Source: an uncultured delta proteobacterium (GTDB lineage: Bacteria > Desulfobacterota > Binatia > Binatales > Binataceae). Taken from it: a stretch of 64,000 bases of DNA. The notes under the pieces were generated by a model. That model was not told the DNA's origin. It saw only the letters and a program-made list of their open reading frames with translations, and searched no databases. This document shows, in pieces, positions 39,762-50,196 of this stretch (within the stretch, counting starts at the first letter, position 1; each line of letters starts with the position of its first letter). Both the position numbers and the translations under genes were made by a program. The stretch spans positions 288,001 through 352,000 of the forward strand of contig CAVRVY010000004.1 of assembly GCA_963724765.1 (NCBI GenBank), given 5' to 3'.

Positions 39762-40059
39762 TTAGGGATGCGGCGTGATCGCCACGATCGTGATTGACTC
39801 GGCGCCCGGACCGTTGAACCAGAAGATGCGGTAAGCGGCGCGAGTTTTATTTTCCGCGTAAGCCTCGAAAATTTCCTCGCCGCGCGGGCCGCTGAGAGAT
39901 TGGTATTTGTGCGTATGCAGCGACGGGTGCCGCTGGTTCGTCTGGAGCAGACCGAGCGCCTTTTGGACCGACTTAAGCCGCTTCAAGCCGCGCCGCATCC
40001 TTACCAAGCTCCTGCAAGTCTTTCGCTGCTCGGAGTGTAAACGTGAGCCGGACGTTCAC
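39762..40059 (-). pseudogene. RelE/ParE-like toxin, frameshifted near 39990
   Basis: MNVRLTFTLRAAKDLQEL… joins by frameshift to …KRLKSVQKALGLL…HPSLHTHKY…FEAYAEN…YRIFW…IVAITPHP. Confidence 0.7.
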
Positions 40060-40119
40060 GATGCGCCACTTGCACGATACGCAAGGCGCGCACATGCGCG
40101 TCGCCAGCGGAGATTTTCC

Positions 40120-40460
40120 CTAATCGATTTCTTCGTCAGCGTATTTCGCGAACGAGCCGAGGTTGCGGACCTTCACTTCCGCCGCCTCGGCCAGCCCCTC
40201 GCGAACTTTCCGAGCGCGACCGGATTGCGGTAGAGCCACATCTCCCGTACCGGCACCGTGAGCGCGGGGTCGAGCAAGACCTGCCCGTCGGAGTTTACAT
40301 AGACGCGGAAATGCAGATCCTCAAGCGGCGCGCCCAGCTCGCCGAGGCGCTCCTTTAGCGTTCCCAACGCTTTAGCTAGTGAGAGCCGCTTTCGCTCGTC
40401 GATTCCGCCCTCGCCGACGAACTCGAACTCTTCCTTGAGCGCTTTCGCCTTGCGGGACAT
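40120..40460 (-). pseudogene. Putative antitoxin (AbrB-like N-terminus), frameshifted near 40208
   Basis: IDERKRLSL…GQVLLDP…PVREMWLYRNP then shifted frame VREGLAEAAE…GSFAKYADEEID*. Confidence 0.68.
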
Positions 40461-40491
40461 ATGCAATAAGCGTACACCGACTGGGAGAATG

Positions 40492-40516
40492 GGTAATGGG
40501 TGTTGCCCACTACCCC
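40492..40516. promoter_or_regulatory. Inverted repeat, candidate TA autoregulatory operator
   Basis: gggtaatggg-tgttg-cccactaccc (9/10 palindromic) upstream of the antitoxin; coordinates approximate. Confidence 0.45.
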
Positions 40517-40532
40517 CCCACCACCCGCCCAT

Positions 40533-41216
40533 TTATTTCGCCGGCTCCGGCTTCTTCAGCCCCAGGCGCTCGTAGTACTTGGCCGGCACCTTCGAGCGAT
40601 CCTTATAGATGATGAAGTTGCAGTGCTCCTTGCCGAGTTCGTGCGCCGGCTCGACCACCACGAAGGGCGCGCCGTGGGCCTCGATATCCTGGCGCTCCAT
40701 CACCGGCTCGTGCGCGCAGTAGACGGGGAAGCTGTCGCGCCCGTAGGTCAGGAACTGCTTGCCCTTGACCGTCAACAGCGCGTCGGGGCCCTCGTATTTG
40801 CCCTCGAGCACTAAACGGCCGCCGCTCCCGCACGGACGCATCTGGATCACGACCTTCTCGTCGTCCTCCTCGATATGCAGCGGCTGGAGATGGCCGCGCA
40901 GTCCGGCGGCGAACATTTTGACGCGCGCGCGCAGGTCCTGCGGCATCTTGTCCAGGTTAGGTCCCCACCACGCCTTCACCCCCTCGTCCATCGCCTCTTC
41001 GAGCGCCTTGTCGCCGAAGCGCCGGCCGACAAAGCTGAGCGTGGCGGAGGTCCAGTTGCGGTAAAGGTCATGCATGCTGAGAAACTCGTTATACATTCGG
41101 CGCGCGAGTTTCTTGGCGCCCTCGCGGTCGCCGCGATCGATGCTTTCGACCAGGCGGTCGACCGTGAGTTTTTCCATCTCGGCTATTTCGTCGTTGCTGA
41201 GTATCCGCTCGGCCAT
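40533..41216 (-). CDS. Hypothetical protein with CGSGGR and YCAH motifs
   Basis: ATG 41216 after GGAGG; coherent soluble protein. Confidence 0.7.
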   Translation of the reverse strand: MAERILSNDEIAEMEKLTVDRLVESIDRGDREGAKKLARRMYNEFLSMHDLYRNWTSATLSFVGRRFGDKALEEAMDEGVKAWWGPNLDKMPQDLRARVKMFAAGLRGHLQPLHIEEDDEKVVIQMRPCGSGGRLVLEGKYEGPDALLTVKGKQFLTYGRDSFPVYCAHEPVMERQDIEAHGAPFVVVEPAHELGKEHCNFIIYKDRSKVPAKYYERLGLKKPEPAK

Positions 41217-41587
41217 CGCTGCCTCCCGTTGTGCCTCTGTTTTAACTGTTGGCTCCGAACCTAGCGCAATTGCCTCGCGGTGGCGAAGCGCGCAAGGCCG
41301 GCCCCGGAGCCTGTCGGCCGGCATTGGGCGTAGCGCCACCGGATCGGCTGCGTAAATGCGCCCTTTCGGTTGGCAAGTGGAAAGCGGCTGCGCTATAGTC
41401 CGTCCGTTTGGCCATCTTCGGTGTTTCGCCTCACGCCGGAGGGATGCCCGCGCGAGACGCTGGCCGCGATGCAATCGCGAGCGATGGCGGGGAGATCGCC
41501 TGGATTGAAATCCGGCTTATATGAGTATCTTATTGAGAAGTAGCGGCGCTTATCGTAGGGTGGCGCAGGCCGAGGTCTGAAACAACC

Positions 41588-43360
41588 GTGGAAACGTCTT
41601 CGCATGATGTTCTTCTGGTCGGTGGCGGCGGCGCCGCTTTGCGCGCCGCGATCGCCGTTTCCGAAATCAATCCCAAGCTCAGCGTCGCGGTGGTCTCCAA
41701 AGTCTACCCGATGCGCAGCCACACCGTGTCCGCCGAGGGCGGCGCCGCCGGCGTAATCGCCGAGGACGACACGCTCGACGAGCACGCCTACGACACCATC
41801 TCCGGCGGCGACTGGCTGAGCGATCAGGACGGCGTCGAGATCTTCGTCAACGAGGTCCCCAGGGAGCTGTTGCGGCTGGAGAACTGGGGATGCCCGTGGA
41901 GCAGGCGCGACGACGGCAAGGTCGCGGTGCGCCCGTTCGGCGGGATGAAGAAGATGCGCACATGGTTCGCCGCCGACAAGACCGGCTTCCACATGCTGCA
42001 CACGCTCTTCCAGACCTCGCTGCGCTATCCCGTCACGCGCTACGACGAGACCTTCGTCACCAAGCTGATGGTCGAGGGTGACCGCGTATGCGGCGTGGTC
42101 GCGATCGAGCTGAAGACCGGCAAGGTCCGCGTGATCACGGCCAAGGCGGTGATTATCTGCACCGGCGGATGCGGCCGGGTATTCCCCTACACCACCAACG
42201 CCAACATCTGCACCGGCGACGGGATGGCGCTGGCTTACGAGGCTGGCGCTCCGCTCAAGGACATGGAGATGGTGCAGTACCATCCCACCGGCCTGCCCTT
42301 CACCGGCATCCTGATAACCGAGGCCTCGCGCGCCGAGGGCGGCTTGCTCGTCAACAAGGACGGCTACCGTTACCTGCAGGACTACAATCTCGGCAAGCCA
42401 CAGAAGGAACCGGTGCTGCGCAGCATGGAGCTCGGCCCGCGCGATCGCCTCTCGCAGGCCTTCGTAAAGGAGATGGAGAAGGGGCGCACGATCAAGGGCC
42501 CCTACGGCGACGTGGTCCATCTCGACCTGCGCCATCTCGGCGAGGAAAAGATCAACGCCAAGCTCCCGATGGTGCGCGAGCTGTGCGTGAAATACGAGAA
42601 CATCGATCCGGTTCATGAGATGATTCCGGTGCGCCCGGTGCAGCATTACATGATGGGCGGCGTCCATACCGACACCAACGGCGCGACTCCGCTCAAGGGA
42701 CTGTACGCCGCGGGCGAGGCGGCCTGCGTAAGCCTCAACGGCGCCAACCGGCTGGGCTCGAACTCGCTCGGCGAGCTGCTGGTGTTCGGCGCGCGCGCCG
42801 GCCGGGCCGCGGCTGAGTACGCAAGCCAGACCTCGACCCCCGCGGCAAACCCGATACTGGCGCTCGGCTCCGACGAGGAGCGGCGAATCGAAACCCAGTA
42901 CCTGCTCAAGACCGGCGGGAGCGAGAAAATTTCGACGCTGCGCGAAGCGATGCAGCATACGATGGAAGCTGGCGCGGGCATCTACCGCGTCCGCGCCTCG
43001 CTGGCCGAGGCGGCGGGCAAGATCGCCGAAATGCAGGAGCGCTACAAGGCGATCTCGATGGAAGACCACAGCCTCGCCTTCAACACGCAGCTGGTCGCGG
43101 CGCTGGAGCTGGGCTTCCTGCTCGACGTCGCCGAGACCATCCTGCAATGCGCCCTGCAGCGCGAGGAGTCGCGCGGCGCCCATCAGCGCACCGATTTCCC
43201 CGAGCGCGACGACAAGAAATTTCTGGCCCATTCACTGGTGTCACGGGGAAAAGAAGGACGGCCGGTGGTTTCCTATCTGCCGGTAACGATCACGCGCTGG
43301 CCGCCGGGCAAGCGGGTATACGGAGAGCAAGCGACCGATGGCGGACACGATAGTCATTGA
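41588..43360 (+). CDS. frdA: Fumarate reductase flavoprotein subunit
   Basis: [43 protein letters not shown]. Confidence 0.93.
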   Translation: METSSHDVLLVGGGGAALRAAIAVSEINPKLSVAVVSKVYPMRSHTVSAEGGAAGVIAEDDTLDEHAYDTISGGDWLSDQDGVEIFVNEVPRELLRLENWGCPWSRRDDGKVAVRPFGGMKKMRTWFAADKTGFHMLHTLFQTSLRYPVTRYDETFVTKLMVEGDRVCGVVAIELKTGKVRVITAKAVIICTGGCGRVFPYTTNANICTGDGMALAYEAGAPLKDMEMVQYHPTGLPFTGILITEASRAEGGLLVNKDGYRYLQDYNLGKPQKEPVLRSMELGPRDRLSQAFVKEMEKGRTIKGPYGDVVHLDLRHLGEEKINAKLPMVRELCVKYENIDPVHEMIPVRPVQHYMMGGVHTDTNGATPLKGLYAAGEAACVSLNGANRLGSNSLGELLVFGARAGRAAAEYASQTSTPAANPILALGSDEERRIETQYLLKTGGSEKISTLREAMQHTMEAGAGIYRVRASLAEAAGKIAEMQERYKAISMEDHSLAFNTQLVAALELGFLLDVAETILQCALQREESRGAHQRTDFPERDDKKFLAHSLVSRGKEGRPVVSYLPVTITRWPPGKRVYGEQATDGGHDSH

Positions 43361-44078
43361 GGTGGCGCGGTACTCGCCCGAGACCGACGCCGAGCCGCAC
43401 TTTCAAAGGTACGAGGTTCCGCTGCGCGGGGACTGGATGGTCCTCGACGCGCTGAACTACATCAAGGACAAGCTCGACGGCTCGCTCACTTACCGATGGT
43501 CGTGCCGGATGGGCATCTGCGGCAGTTGCGGGATGGTGGTTAACGGCTACGAGCGGCTGACCTGCGAGACCCTGCTCGCGCAGTTCGCGCCGGGGCCTGT
43601 GCGAGTCGAACCGCTGCGCCACTTCCCGATCGCGCGCGACCTCGTGATCGACATGACCGATTTCCTGGAGAAGCTGACCCGGGTCAAGCCATGGATCGTG
43701 CGCAAGGACAAGACGCCGCCGCCGCGCGAATACCTCCAGAGCCCAGAGCAGCTAGCCACCTTCAAGCAATACAGCAACTGCATCAATTGCATGCTTTGCT
43801 ACTCGGCCTGCCCAGTCTACGGAATCGATCCGCACTTCGTCGGCCCGGCCGCCCTCGCGCTGGCCGAGCGCTACAACCTGGACTCGCGCGACCAGGGCAG
43901 CGGCGAGCGGCTCGACATCCTCTCGCAACACGACGGCATCTGGGACTGCACCGTGATCGGCGAATGTTCGGTGGTCTGCCCCAAGGAGGTCGACCCGTCG
44001 CTGGCGATCCAGGAATTCAAGCTCACCGCCACCAAGGAATGGTACAAGTCCTTCCTGATGCCGTGGGGAGGCAAGTGA
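43338..44078 (+). CDS. frdB: Fumarate reductase iron-sulfur subunit
   Basis: [35 protein letters not shown]. Confidence 0.93.
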   Translation: MADTIVIEVARYSPETDAEPHFQRYEVPLRGDWMVLDALNYIKDKLDGSLTYRWSCRMGICGSCGMVVNGYERLTCETLLAQFAPGPVRVEPLRHFPIARDLVIDMTDFLEKLTRVKPWIVRKDKTPPPREYLQSPEQLATFKQYSNCINCMLCYSACPVYGIDPHFVGPAALALAERYNLDSRDQGSGERLDILSQHDGIWDCTVIGECSVVCPKEVDPSLAIQEFKLTATKEWYKSFLMPWGGK

Positions 44079-44082
44079 CACG

Positions 44083-44490
44083 ATGGCCTCGTACTCGCAA
44101 TCTGAACCCCGGGAGTATCACCGTTCCTTTTCGAATTGGTGGTGGCTCGGACGCCGCAACTACCTGATCTTCATCCTACGCGAGTTCTCGAGCGTCTTCG
44201 TCGCCTACTTCCTGGTCGTCACGCTGCTTCAGGTTTGTGCGCTGGCGCATGGACCCGAGGCCTACGCGGAGTTTCGACAATGGCTGCGCGAGCCCCTGAT
44301 GATTGTCGTCAACATCATCGCGCTCGCCTTCCTGGTCCTGCATACCATCACCTGGTCCAAGCTGGTGCCCAAAGCGTTTTACCCGCGCAGACACGGCCAT
44401 CCTCTGCCCGAGATGACGACCGCACTGCCGAGCTACATCCTGTGGGCGGTCGCCACGATAGTGGTGGCGGCCTTCATCCTGGGGGCCTAA
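44083..44490 (+). CDS. frdC: Fumarate reductase subunit C
   Basis: WW…ILREFSS, LHTITW..L.PK; three TM helices. Confidence 0.88.
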   Translation: MASYSQSEPREYHRSFSNWWWLGRRNYLIFILREFSSVFVAYFLVVTLLQVCALAHGPEAYAEFRQWLREPLMIVVNIIALAFLVLHTITWSKLVPKAFYPRRHGHPLPEMTTALPSYILWAVATIVVAAFILGA

Positions 44491-44491
44491 G

Positions 44492-44842
44492 ATGACCAAG
44501 CGCGCCAACGAACCCGCGGTATGGTTCCTGTTCGGCACGGGCGGCTTCATCGCGGGCTACCTGCTGCCCATTCACATCCTGCTCTTCGGCATTCTGTTCC
44601 CGCTCGGGATCTTGACCGACCCGGGTTACGCGGCGACGCTTCACTTGTTCGAGCATCCGCTCGCGCGCCTGTACCTGGTGGTGTTGTGCTTCTTCGGCTT
44701 CTTTCACGCCGCACATCGGCTGCGCCTGACGCTGGTCGATTTCCTGCGCGTCAAGCATCTGGAAAACGTGCTCGGCTTGGTGCTGTATATCGCGGCGCTG
44801 GTGGGCACAGCATTCGCGATCTACCTAGCGATCGTCGTTTAG
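44492..44842 (+). CDS. frdD: Fumarate reductase subunit D
   Basis: KR.NEP..WFLFG.GG, FHAAHR. Confidence 0.9.
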   Translation: MTKRANEPAVWFLFGTGGFIAGYLLPIHILLFGILFPLGILTDPGYAATLHLFEHPLARLYLVVLCFFGFFHAAHRLRLTLVDFLRVKHLENVLGLVLYIAALVGTAFAIYLAIVV

Positions 44843-44863
44843 GCGCGCACCGCGAGTGACGCA

Positions 44864-44913
44864 AGCGACGGCGGGGCGGGGCTGCGATGCAGCCCCGCCC
44901 CGCCGTCGCGTTT
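44864..44913 (+). terminator. GC-rich hairpin terminator after frd operon
   Basis: gcgacggcggggcggggctgc-gat-gcagccccgccccgccgtcgc then gttt. Confidence 0.75.
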
Positions 44914-44944
44914 GGGCGGCCTGATCAGGGCACAACTGCCGCTC

Positions 44945-45042
44945 CAGCGCCAATATATTGTCACTCCCCTAGCCAATCCATTTCCTCTTCTCCGCGCAGA
45001 TCTTAGTTATTTCAATCTCATTTCTCGGGCACACAACGTGCA
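44945..45042 (+). promoter_or_regulatory. Sigma54 promoter (GG 45028/GC 45040) with CAATATATTG enhancer, module copy 2
   Basis: GGGCACACAACGTGCA; palindrome 44951-44960. Confidence 0.75.
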
Positions 45043-45119
45043 ACTGCTCGCGCCCGGTGGGTGCGCATTCGAGACACGCTGCGACGTGTCGGCGAAAAGC
45101 ATGGACGGGGGCCTTCACT

Positions 45120-45197
45120 TCAATAGTCAGTCGGGGCCGACGCGCTCGCGATGATTACTAATCGCGGGTATCGCGCGCTCAGCCATCGGGCCCGACG
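45120..45197 (+). ncRNA. Conserved structured 5' leader element, copy 2
   Basis: TCAATAGTCAGTCGG; outer stem gtcggggccga/tcgggcccgac; cgcgat-GATTACTA-atcgcg. Confidence 0.5.
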
Positions 45198-45255
45198 ATG
45201 ACTTTTAACAAAGGCACGAATCGCCACGTAACCAAGTGATGAGGAGAGCAGGCGG

Positions 45256-47123
45256 ATGCGCAAGGGCAAACTCAACAGAATATGGTTCATGGCGTTGCCC
45301 ATGTTCGTTTTTATGGTCTTCATGACGGCGTGCAGCGGCGGCCATAATGGAAATGAAGGACCGCATCCATCGCCCCCAACTGCCACCGTCATTCCAACTG
45401 CCACCGTCATCCCGACTGCGACTGTCGCTCCGACTGCCACCGCCACCGCTACTGGCACCGCAACTGCCACCCCCACCGCGACCCCAACCCCGGTGGCACC
45501 CACGGTGATTTCGGTCGACCCTCCCATCGTAGGCTGTGGGGGGCAGGGGATGCCTGTCAATCGGAAAGTCACCGCGACCTTCAGTGAAGCGATGAAGCTC
45601 TCAACCATCACCGAATCAACCTTCACGGTGACTGGGCCTGGCCTGACTCCCGTTGCCGGAACTGTTACCTATGATGCGACCAACCACATCGCGATCTTCG
45701 CACCACCTGGCACTTTCGCAGCCGGCACAGAATTTACTGCGACGATTACAACCGGGGCTCAGAGTCTGGCAGGCGCTCCGTGGCGGCCAACTTCGTGTGG
45801 ACCTTCACAACCGGTGCGAGCTCTGACACGACCGATCCAACGGTGACCTCCACTAACCCCGCCAATCTTGCCGTCGATGTGGCCACCAATCAGAAGATCA
45901 CCGCAACCTTCAACGAAGGGATGAATTCTTCAACCCTCACCGCCGCGACCTTTACTTTGACCGGACCTGGCGCAACACCCATTCCAGGCACGGTGACCTA
46001 CACTACCATTGGTACAAGTGCGACGTTTAAGCCGAGCAGCGCTCTCGCATCCAATACTCTGTTTACGGCGAAGATTACCACGAGCGTCAAGGGTCTCGTC
46101 GGAAATCCGTTGGCAAGCGCGTTTACCTGGAGCTTTACCACCGGTGCGATCCCCGACAGCACCGCACCCACAGTGAGCTCCACGACCCCTACCGATGGCG
46201 CCACGGGTGTGTCCCTCAGCGCTGCAGCCAACGCAACGTTCAGCGAGGCGATGGACCCTGCAACCATCACCACCGCGACGTTTGCGGTTACTGGGCCTGA
46301 CACGACTCCCGTAACAGGAAAAGTCTCTTATGATGTGTCGTCCCAGATCGCGACCTTTACTCCTGCAAGCGCTCTCGCAGCCAGCACGACATTTACCGCC
46401 ACGATTACAACCGGAGGCAAAGACCTGGCAGGCAATGCACTGACGAGTGACTTTGTATGGAGCTTTACCACCGGTTCAACAGCGGGTCCGGCACCGATAG
46501 ACCTCGGGGCAGCGAGTAGTTTCGCGGTTCTGGCTCAAGCCACAGTCACCAACGCCGGCCCGACTGTGCTTGATGGAGATCTTGGATTGAATCCCGGGGG
46601 CTCGGTGACCGGATTTCCACCGGGAACAGTGAACGGGACAATTCAAATTGACAATGCTCCTGCAATCGCGGGCATTGCCTCTCTGATGACCGCGTACAAC
46701 ACCGGGATCTTGCTACCAGCAGGAACCGCAGTGTCGGGCGATATTGGCGGGCAAGTCCTTCCCCCCGGCCTCTACACGGCTCCGACATCACTGTTCATAA
46801 CGTCGGGGGATCTCACTCTCGACGCCCATGGCGACGCGAATGCAATCTGGATCTTCCAGATCGGGTCCACCCTAATAACCACCACCGACGTCGGCAATGT
46901 TATACTGGCCAACGGCGCGCAAGCTTCCAATGTCTTTTGGCTGGTCGGCAGTTCGGCGACGATTGGCATCGGAACTACGTTCCAGGGAACCATCCTGGCT
47001 AATACGTCAATTACGGTGACGACCGGCGCAACGCTGAACGGCAGAGCGTTGGCAGGTGCCGTCGCTTCGAGTGGCGCGGTCACCTTGGACACCAACAGTT
47101 TCACGCTGCCCGTCTGTCATTGA
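45256..47123 (+). CDS. Lipoprotein with Pro/Thr stalk, three Big_5 (SbsA-like Ig) domains and C-terminal ice-binding-like DUF3494 domain; frameshift near 45780
   Basis: Lipobox-like MTAC; ATFSEAM/FVW.FTT repeats; [40 protein letters not shown]; ORFs 45256-45846 and 45780-47123 join as AGAP(L)AANFVW. Confidence 0.85.
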
Positions 47124-47165
47124 TGAGGCATTGGGTGTGAGCGCAGGATGAGCGGTGCTCGAGAA

Positions 47166-47199
47166 CGTGGAAGCGGGGCTCTTTTGCCCCGCTCCCACG
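47166..47199 (+). terminator. Hairpin after first DUF3494 gene
   Basis: cgtggaagcggggc…gccccgctcccacg; no clear T-tail. Confidence 0.45.
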
Positions 47200-47364
47200 T
47201 CGTGCCCAGCCACACCAATTTAGACTCTATGAGCGGCGTATCGCATCTCATCACGTCCGACAAATCAGGATACTATCCGCGCGCCAAGGGTCAGATCAGG
47301 GTGGTTACCCAGTAGTCCACCTCGGCCGGGCCACGGTGGCTTGATCGGTGCATATCCTGCCGCT

Positions 47365-47490
47365 CCAGCGGCAATATATTGTCACTGCCCGATAGGTTTG
47401 CGGCCGGCTTTTAGTCACTAGCCAGTCCGTTTCCTCTTCGCCGCGCAAATCGAACTTATTTCACGTCGTCTCCTGGGCACGCAACGTGCT
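47365..47490 (+). promoter_or_regulatory. Sigma54 promoter (GG 47476/GC 47488) with CAATATATTG enhancer, module copy 3
   Basis: GGGCACGCAACGTGCT; palindrome 47372-47381. Confidence 0.78.
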
Positions 47491-47560
47491 CCAAACCAGT
47501 TCCTTCCGCCATCGCGGCGCGCGCCGTGTGGTCAGGAAGCATCCGAGGCGGAGCTTCGCC

Positions 47561-47642
47561 TCAATAATCAGTCGGGGCCCGCGCGATCGCGATGATGACT
47601 CATCGCACGCATCGCGCGTTCAACTACCTGGTCCGCGGCGAC
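47561..47642 (+). ncRNA. Conserved structured 5' leader element, copy 3
   Basis: TCAATAATCAGTCGG; cgcgcgat…gcgatga-TGAC-tcatcgc…atcgcgcg. Confidence 0.5.
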
Positions 47643-47688
47643 GCGCCCGTCGCACGCGTGGCCATGCGGTTTGCAAGGGCAGGAACCC

Positions 47689-50082
47689 ATGTCATCAAAT
47701 GCGGAGCGAAGCACGCGGATATGCAAGAGCAAACTTCTCCAGGCGTGGTCCATGGCCTTGCTGATATCCGTCTTTATGCCCTTCGTTGCCGCTTGTGGCA
47801 AAAGTAGCGAACGCGCAGGGCCCACTCCACCGCTCCCAACCGTTACTGCCACCCCGATCACTCCAACTGCCACCGCTACTCCAACCGCAACTGCCTCACC
47901 CACTGTCACCCCAACCCCGGTTCCGAGTCGTACGCCAACGCCTACGCCAATTCCGACGCTGACTCCGACCCCAACTCCAACTCCGACGCCAACGCGGACA
48001 CCGACGCCGACGCCAATTCCGATAACAACTTCAACACCAACGCCAACACCGACACCGACTCCAACTTCAACTCCAGCCCCGACTCCAACACCAATTCCGA
48101 CCCCGACTCCGACGCCAGTCCTGACCCCGACCCCGACCGCCACCCCAACACCCGCCTCGCCTACCGTGACTTCAACGGTCCCGGCTGAGGCTGCCTCCGG
48201 AGTGCCGGTCAGCAGCGCCGTCTCCGCGAGCTTCAGTACGGCGATGGATGCCGCAACCCTCGACGCAACAACCTTTACGGTGACAGGACCCGGCGGAGTT
48301 GGAGTAGCGGGAACCGTCGCCTATGACGCGCCAACCAACACTGCGACCTTTACGCCGTCGAGCAGTCTGGCGCCCAACGTCACCTTCACGGCCACGATTA
48401 CCACCGGAGCCGAGGACGCCGCACACGACGCGCTGGCGAGCGACTTTGTTTGGAGCTTCACGACCCTTGCGCCCACGGTGACATTTACGACTCCAGCCAA
48501 CGGCGCCACAGGTGTGCCGCTCAACCAGAACGTCACCGCCACCTTTAGCGAGGCCATGGACCAGACCACCATCAACACGACCACCTTTACGCTGACAGGA
48601 CCCGACGCCAGCCCAGTCAGCGGCAACGTGAGTTACGTTGCGAACGGCTCGGCAGCGATCTTTGCGCCAACAGATGCGCTCGCTGGCAGCACCACGTACA
48701 CGGCCACGATTACAACCGGCGCCACCGACACGACGACCAATCCGCTTGTGACCAGCTTCGTATGGAGCTTTACTACCGGCGCGGCTCCGGTAGCTATTCA
48801 TCCGGACGTGACTTCAGAGGCACCACCCGTTGACGGATCCGTACTTGTACCGATCAACACCCGGCTCACCGCAACGTTTAGCGAGGCGATGGAGCCGGCA
48901 ACTATCGACGCAACAACCTTTACCGTGCAAGGACCCGGCATAACGCCGGTTTCAGGCGCCGTGAGCTATGCTGACGGAGGCGCGACCGCGACCTTCGCCC
49001 CAGCAGGGAATCTCGCCGACAGCACCACGTATACTGCCACGATTACAACCGGCGCCACCGACACGGCAGGGAATGCGCTGTTAAATGACTTCGTATGGAC
49101 TTTTACAACCGGCACCGCTTCAGACACGATCATCCCGACCGTGCTCTCCACGAACCCGGCTGCCGCCGAAACCAGTGTGTGCCTCAACCAAAGCGTGAAT
49201 GCCACTTTCAGTAAGGCGATGGACCCGACGACCATCAACAGCGCAAACTTCACAGTGACAGGACCGGGCGTCTCTCTCGTGACCGGAACGGTTTCCTACG
49301 ATCCGGTAAATTTCATCGCGACCTTTACTCCACAGAGCGAGCTCGCTGCGAATACCCAATTTGTTGCGATGATTGCCACCGGGGTCAAAGACACGGCCGG
49401 CAATGCACTGGCTAGTAACTTCGTATGGAGCTTTACAACCGGAGCAACATCGACACCGTCATGTCAGGCGACGGTGCCTCTTGGAGCGGCGGGCACATTC
49501 GCGGTTCTGGCCGGCTCGACGGCTACCAATAGTGGCCTTACTATGGTTATCGGGGATATTGGTGTGAGCCCTGGAACGGCGGTGACCGGGTTCCCGCCCG
49601 GAATACAGAACGGGACGATGCACGATGGCGATGCGGTCGCCGCCCAGGCCAAAGTGGACCTTGCCACGGCGATTAGCCTGGCCACGGACCGTTCCAATCC
49701 TGGGCTCTTGCCGATCGAGATAGGCGGACTCACTTACACGCCTGGCGTCTATATGGCCGGAGCCGCACTTGGCATAACCACAGGGAACCTCACTCTCGAC
49801 GCGCAGGGCGATGCGAACGCCGTCTTTATTTTTCAGATAGGGTCGTCACTTACGACGTCAACATCAAACCAGATTATCCTGGCCGGCGGCGCCAAGCCCG
49901 CCAACATCTTTTGGCTAGTGGGCAGTTCGGCGACTCTTGGAGGAGGCTCCATCTTCCAGGGGAATATACTGTCGGCGGTGTCGATCACCGTAAATTCGGG
50001 TGCAACGATTAACGGCAGACTACTGGCACAGAGCGGCGCGATCACCCTATTGACTAATGCCGTCACAATACCCGGCCCGTAG
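47689..50082 (+). CDS. Lipoprotein with long Pro/Thr stalk, four Big_5 Ig domains and ice-binding-like DUF3494 domain
   Basis: Lipobox VAAC; (TP)n; four ATFS.AM…FVWSFTT repeats; DUF3494 motifs. Confidence 0.9.
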   Translation: MSSNAERSTRICKSKLLQAWSMALLISVFMPFVAACGKSSERAGPTPPLPTVTATPITPTATATPTATASPTVTPTPVPSRTPTPTPIPTLTPTPTPTPTPTRTPTPTPIPITTSTPTPTPTPTPTSTPAPTPTPIPTPTPTPVLTPTPTATPTPASPTVTSTVPAEAASGVPVSSAVSASFSTAMDAATLDATTFTVTGPGGVGVAGTVAYDAPTNTATFTPSSSLAPNVTFTATITTGAEDAAHDALASDFVWSFTTLAPTVTFTTPANGATGVPLNQNVTATFSEAMDQTTINTTTFTLTGPDASPVSGNVSYVANGSAAIFAPTDALAGSTTYTATITTGATDTTTNPLVTSFVWSFTTGAAPVAIHPDVTSEAPPVDGSVLVPINTRLTATFSEAMEPATIDATTFTVQGPGITPVSGAVSYADGGATATFAPAGNLADSTTYTATITTGATDTAGNALLNDFVWTFTTGTASDTIIPTVLSTNPAAAETSVCLNQSVNATFSKAMDPTTINSANFTVTGPGVSLVTGTVSYDPVNFIATFTPQSELAANTQFVAMIATGVKDTAGNALASNFVWSFTTGATSTPSCQATVPLGAAGTFAVLAGSTATNSGLTMVIGDIGVSPGTAVTGFPPGIQNGTMHDGDAVAAQAKVDLATAISLATDRSNPGLLPIEIGGLTYTPGVYMAGAALGITTGNLTLDAQGDANAVFIFQIGSSLTTSTSNQIILAGGAKPANIFWLVGSSATLGGGSIFQGNILSAVSITVNSGATINGRLLAQSGAITLLTNAVTIPGP

Positions 50083-50196
50083 AGCGATAGCGTGCGGACT
50101 TCTACGCCGACTTGCTGTAACGCAGTATCGACAAGTCTTTCTTGCTGAGTTACCACCGTTGATGCCATCGCTAAATGGCGGCGCATGCGGACAAGG

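Noticed and set aside
41370-41386. GG-N10-GC upstream of frdA
   Set aside because: -12 box lacks TGC and no enhancer is seen; a sigma70-like reading is equally plausible
41393-43231. 612-aa minus-strand ORF and similar long antisense ORFs elsewhere
   Set aside because: High-GC shadow ORFs opposite well-supported genes
47850-48165. Pro/Thr low-complexity repeats (also 13975-14125, 15240-15355, 22430-22780) and their Val/Gly antisense ORFs
   Set aside because: Coding linker repeats; the antisense ORFs are shadows
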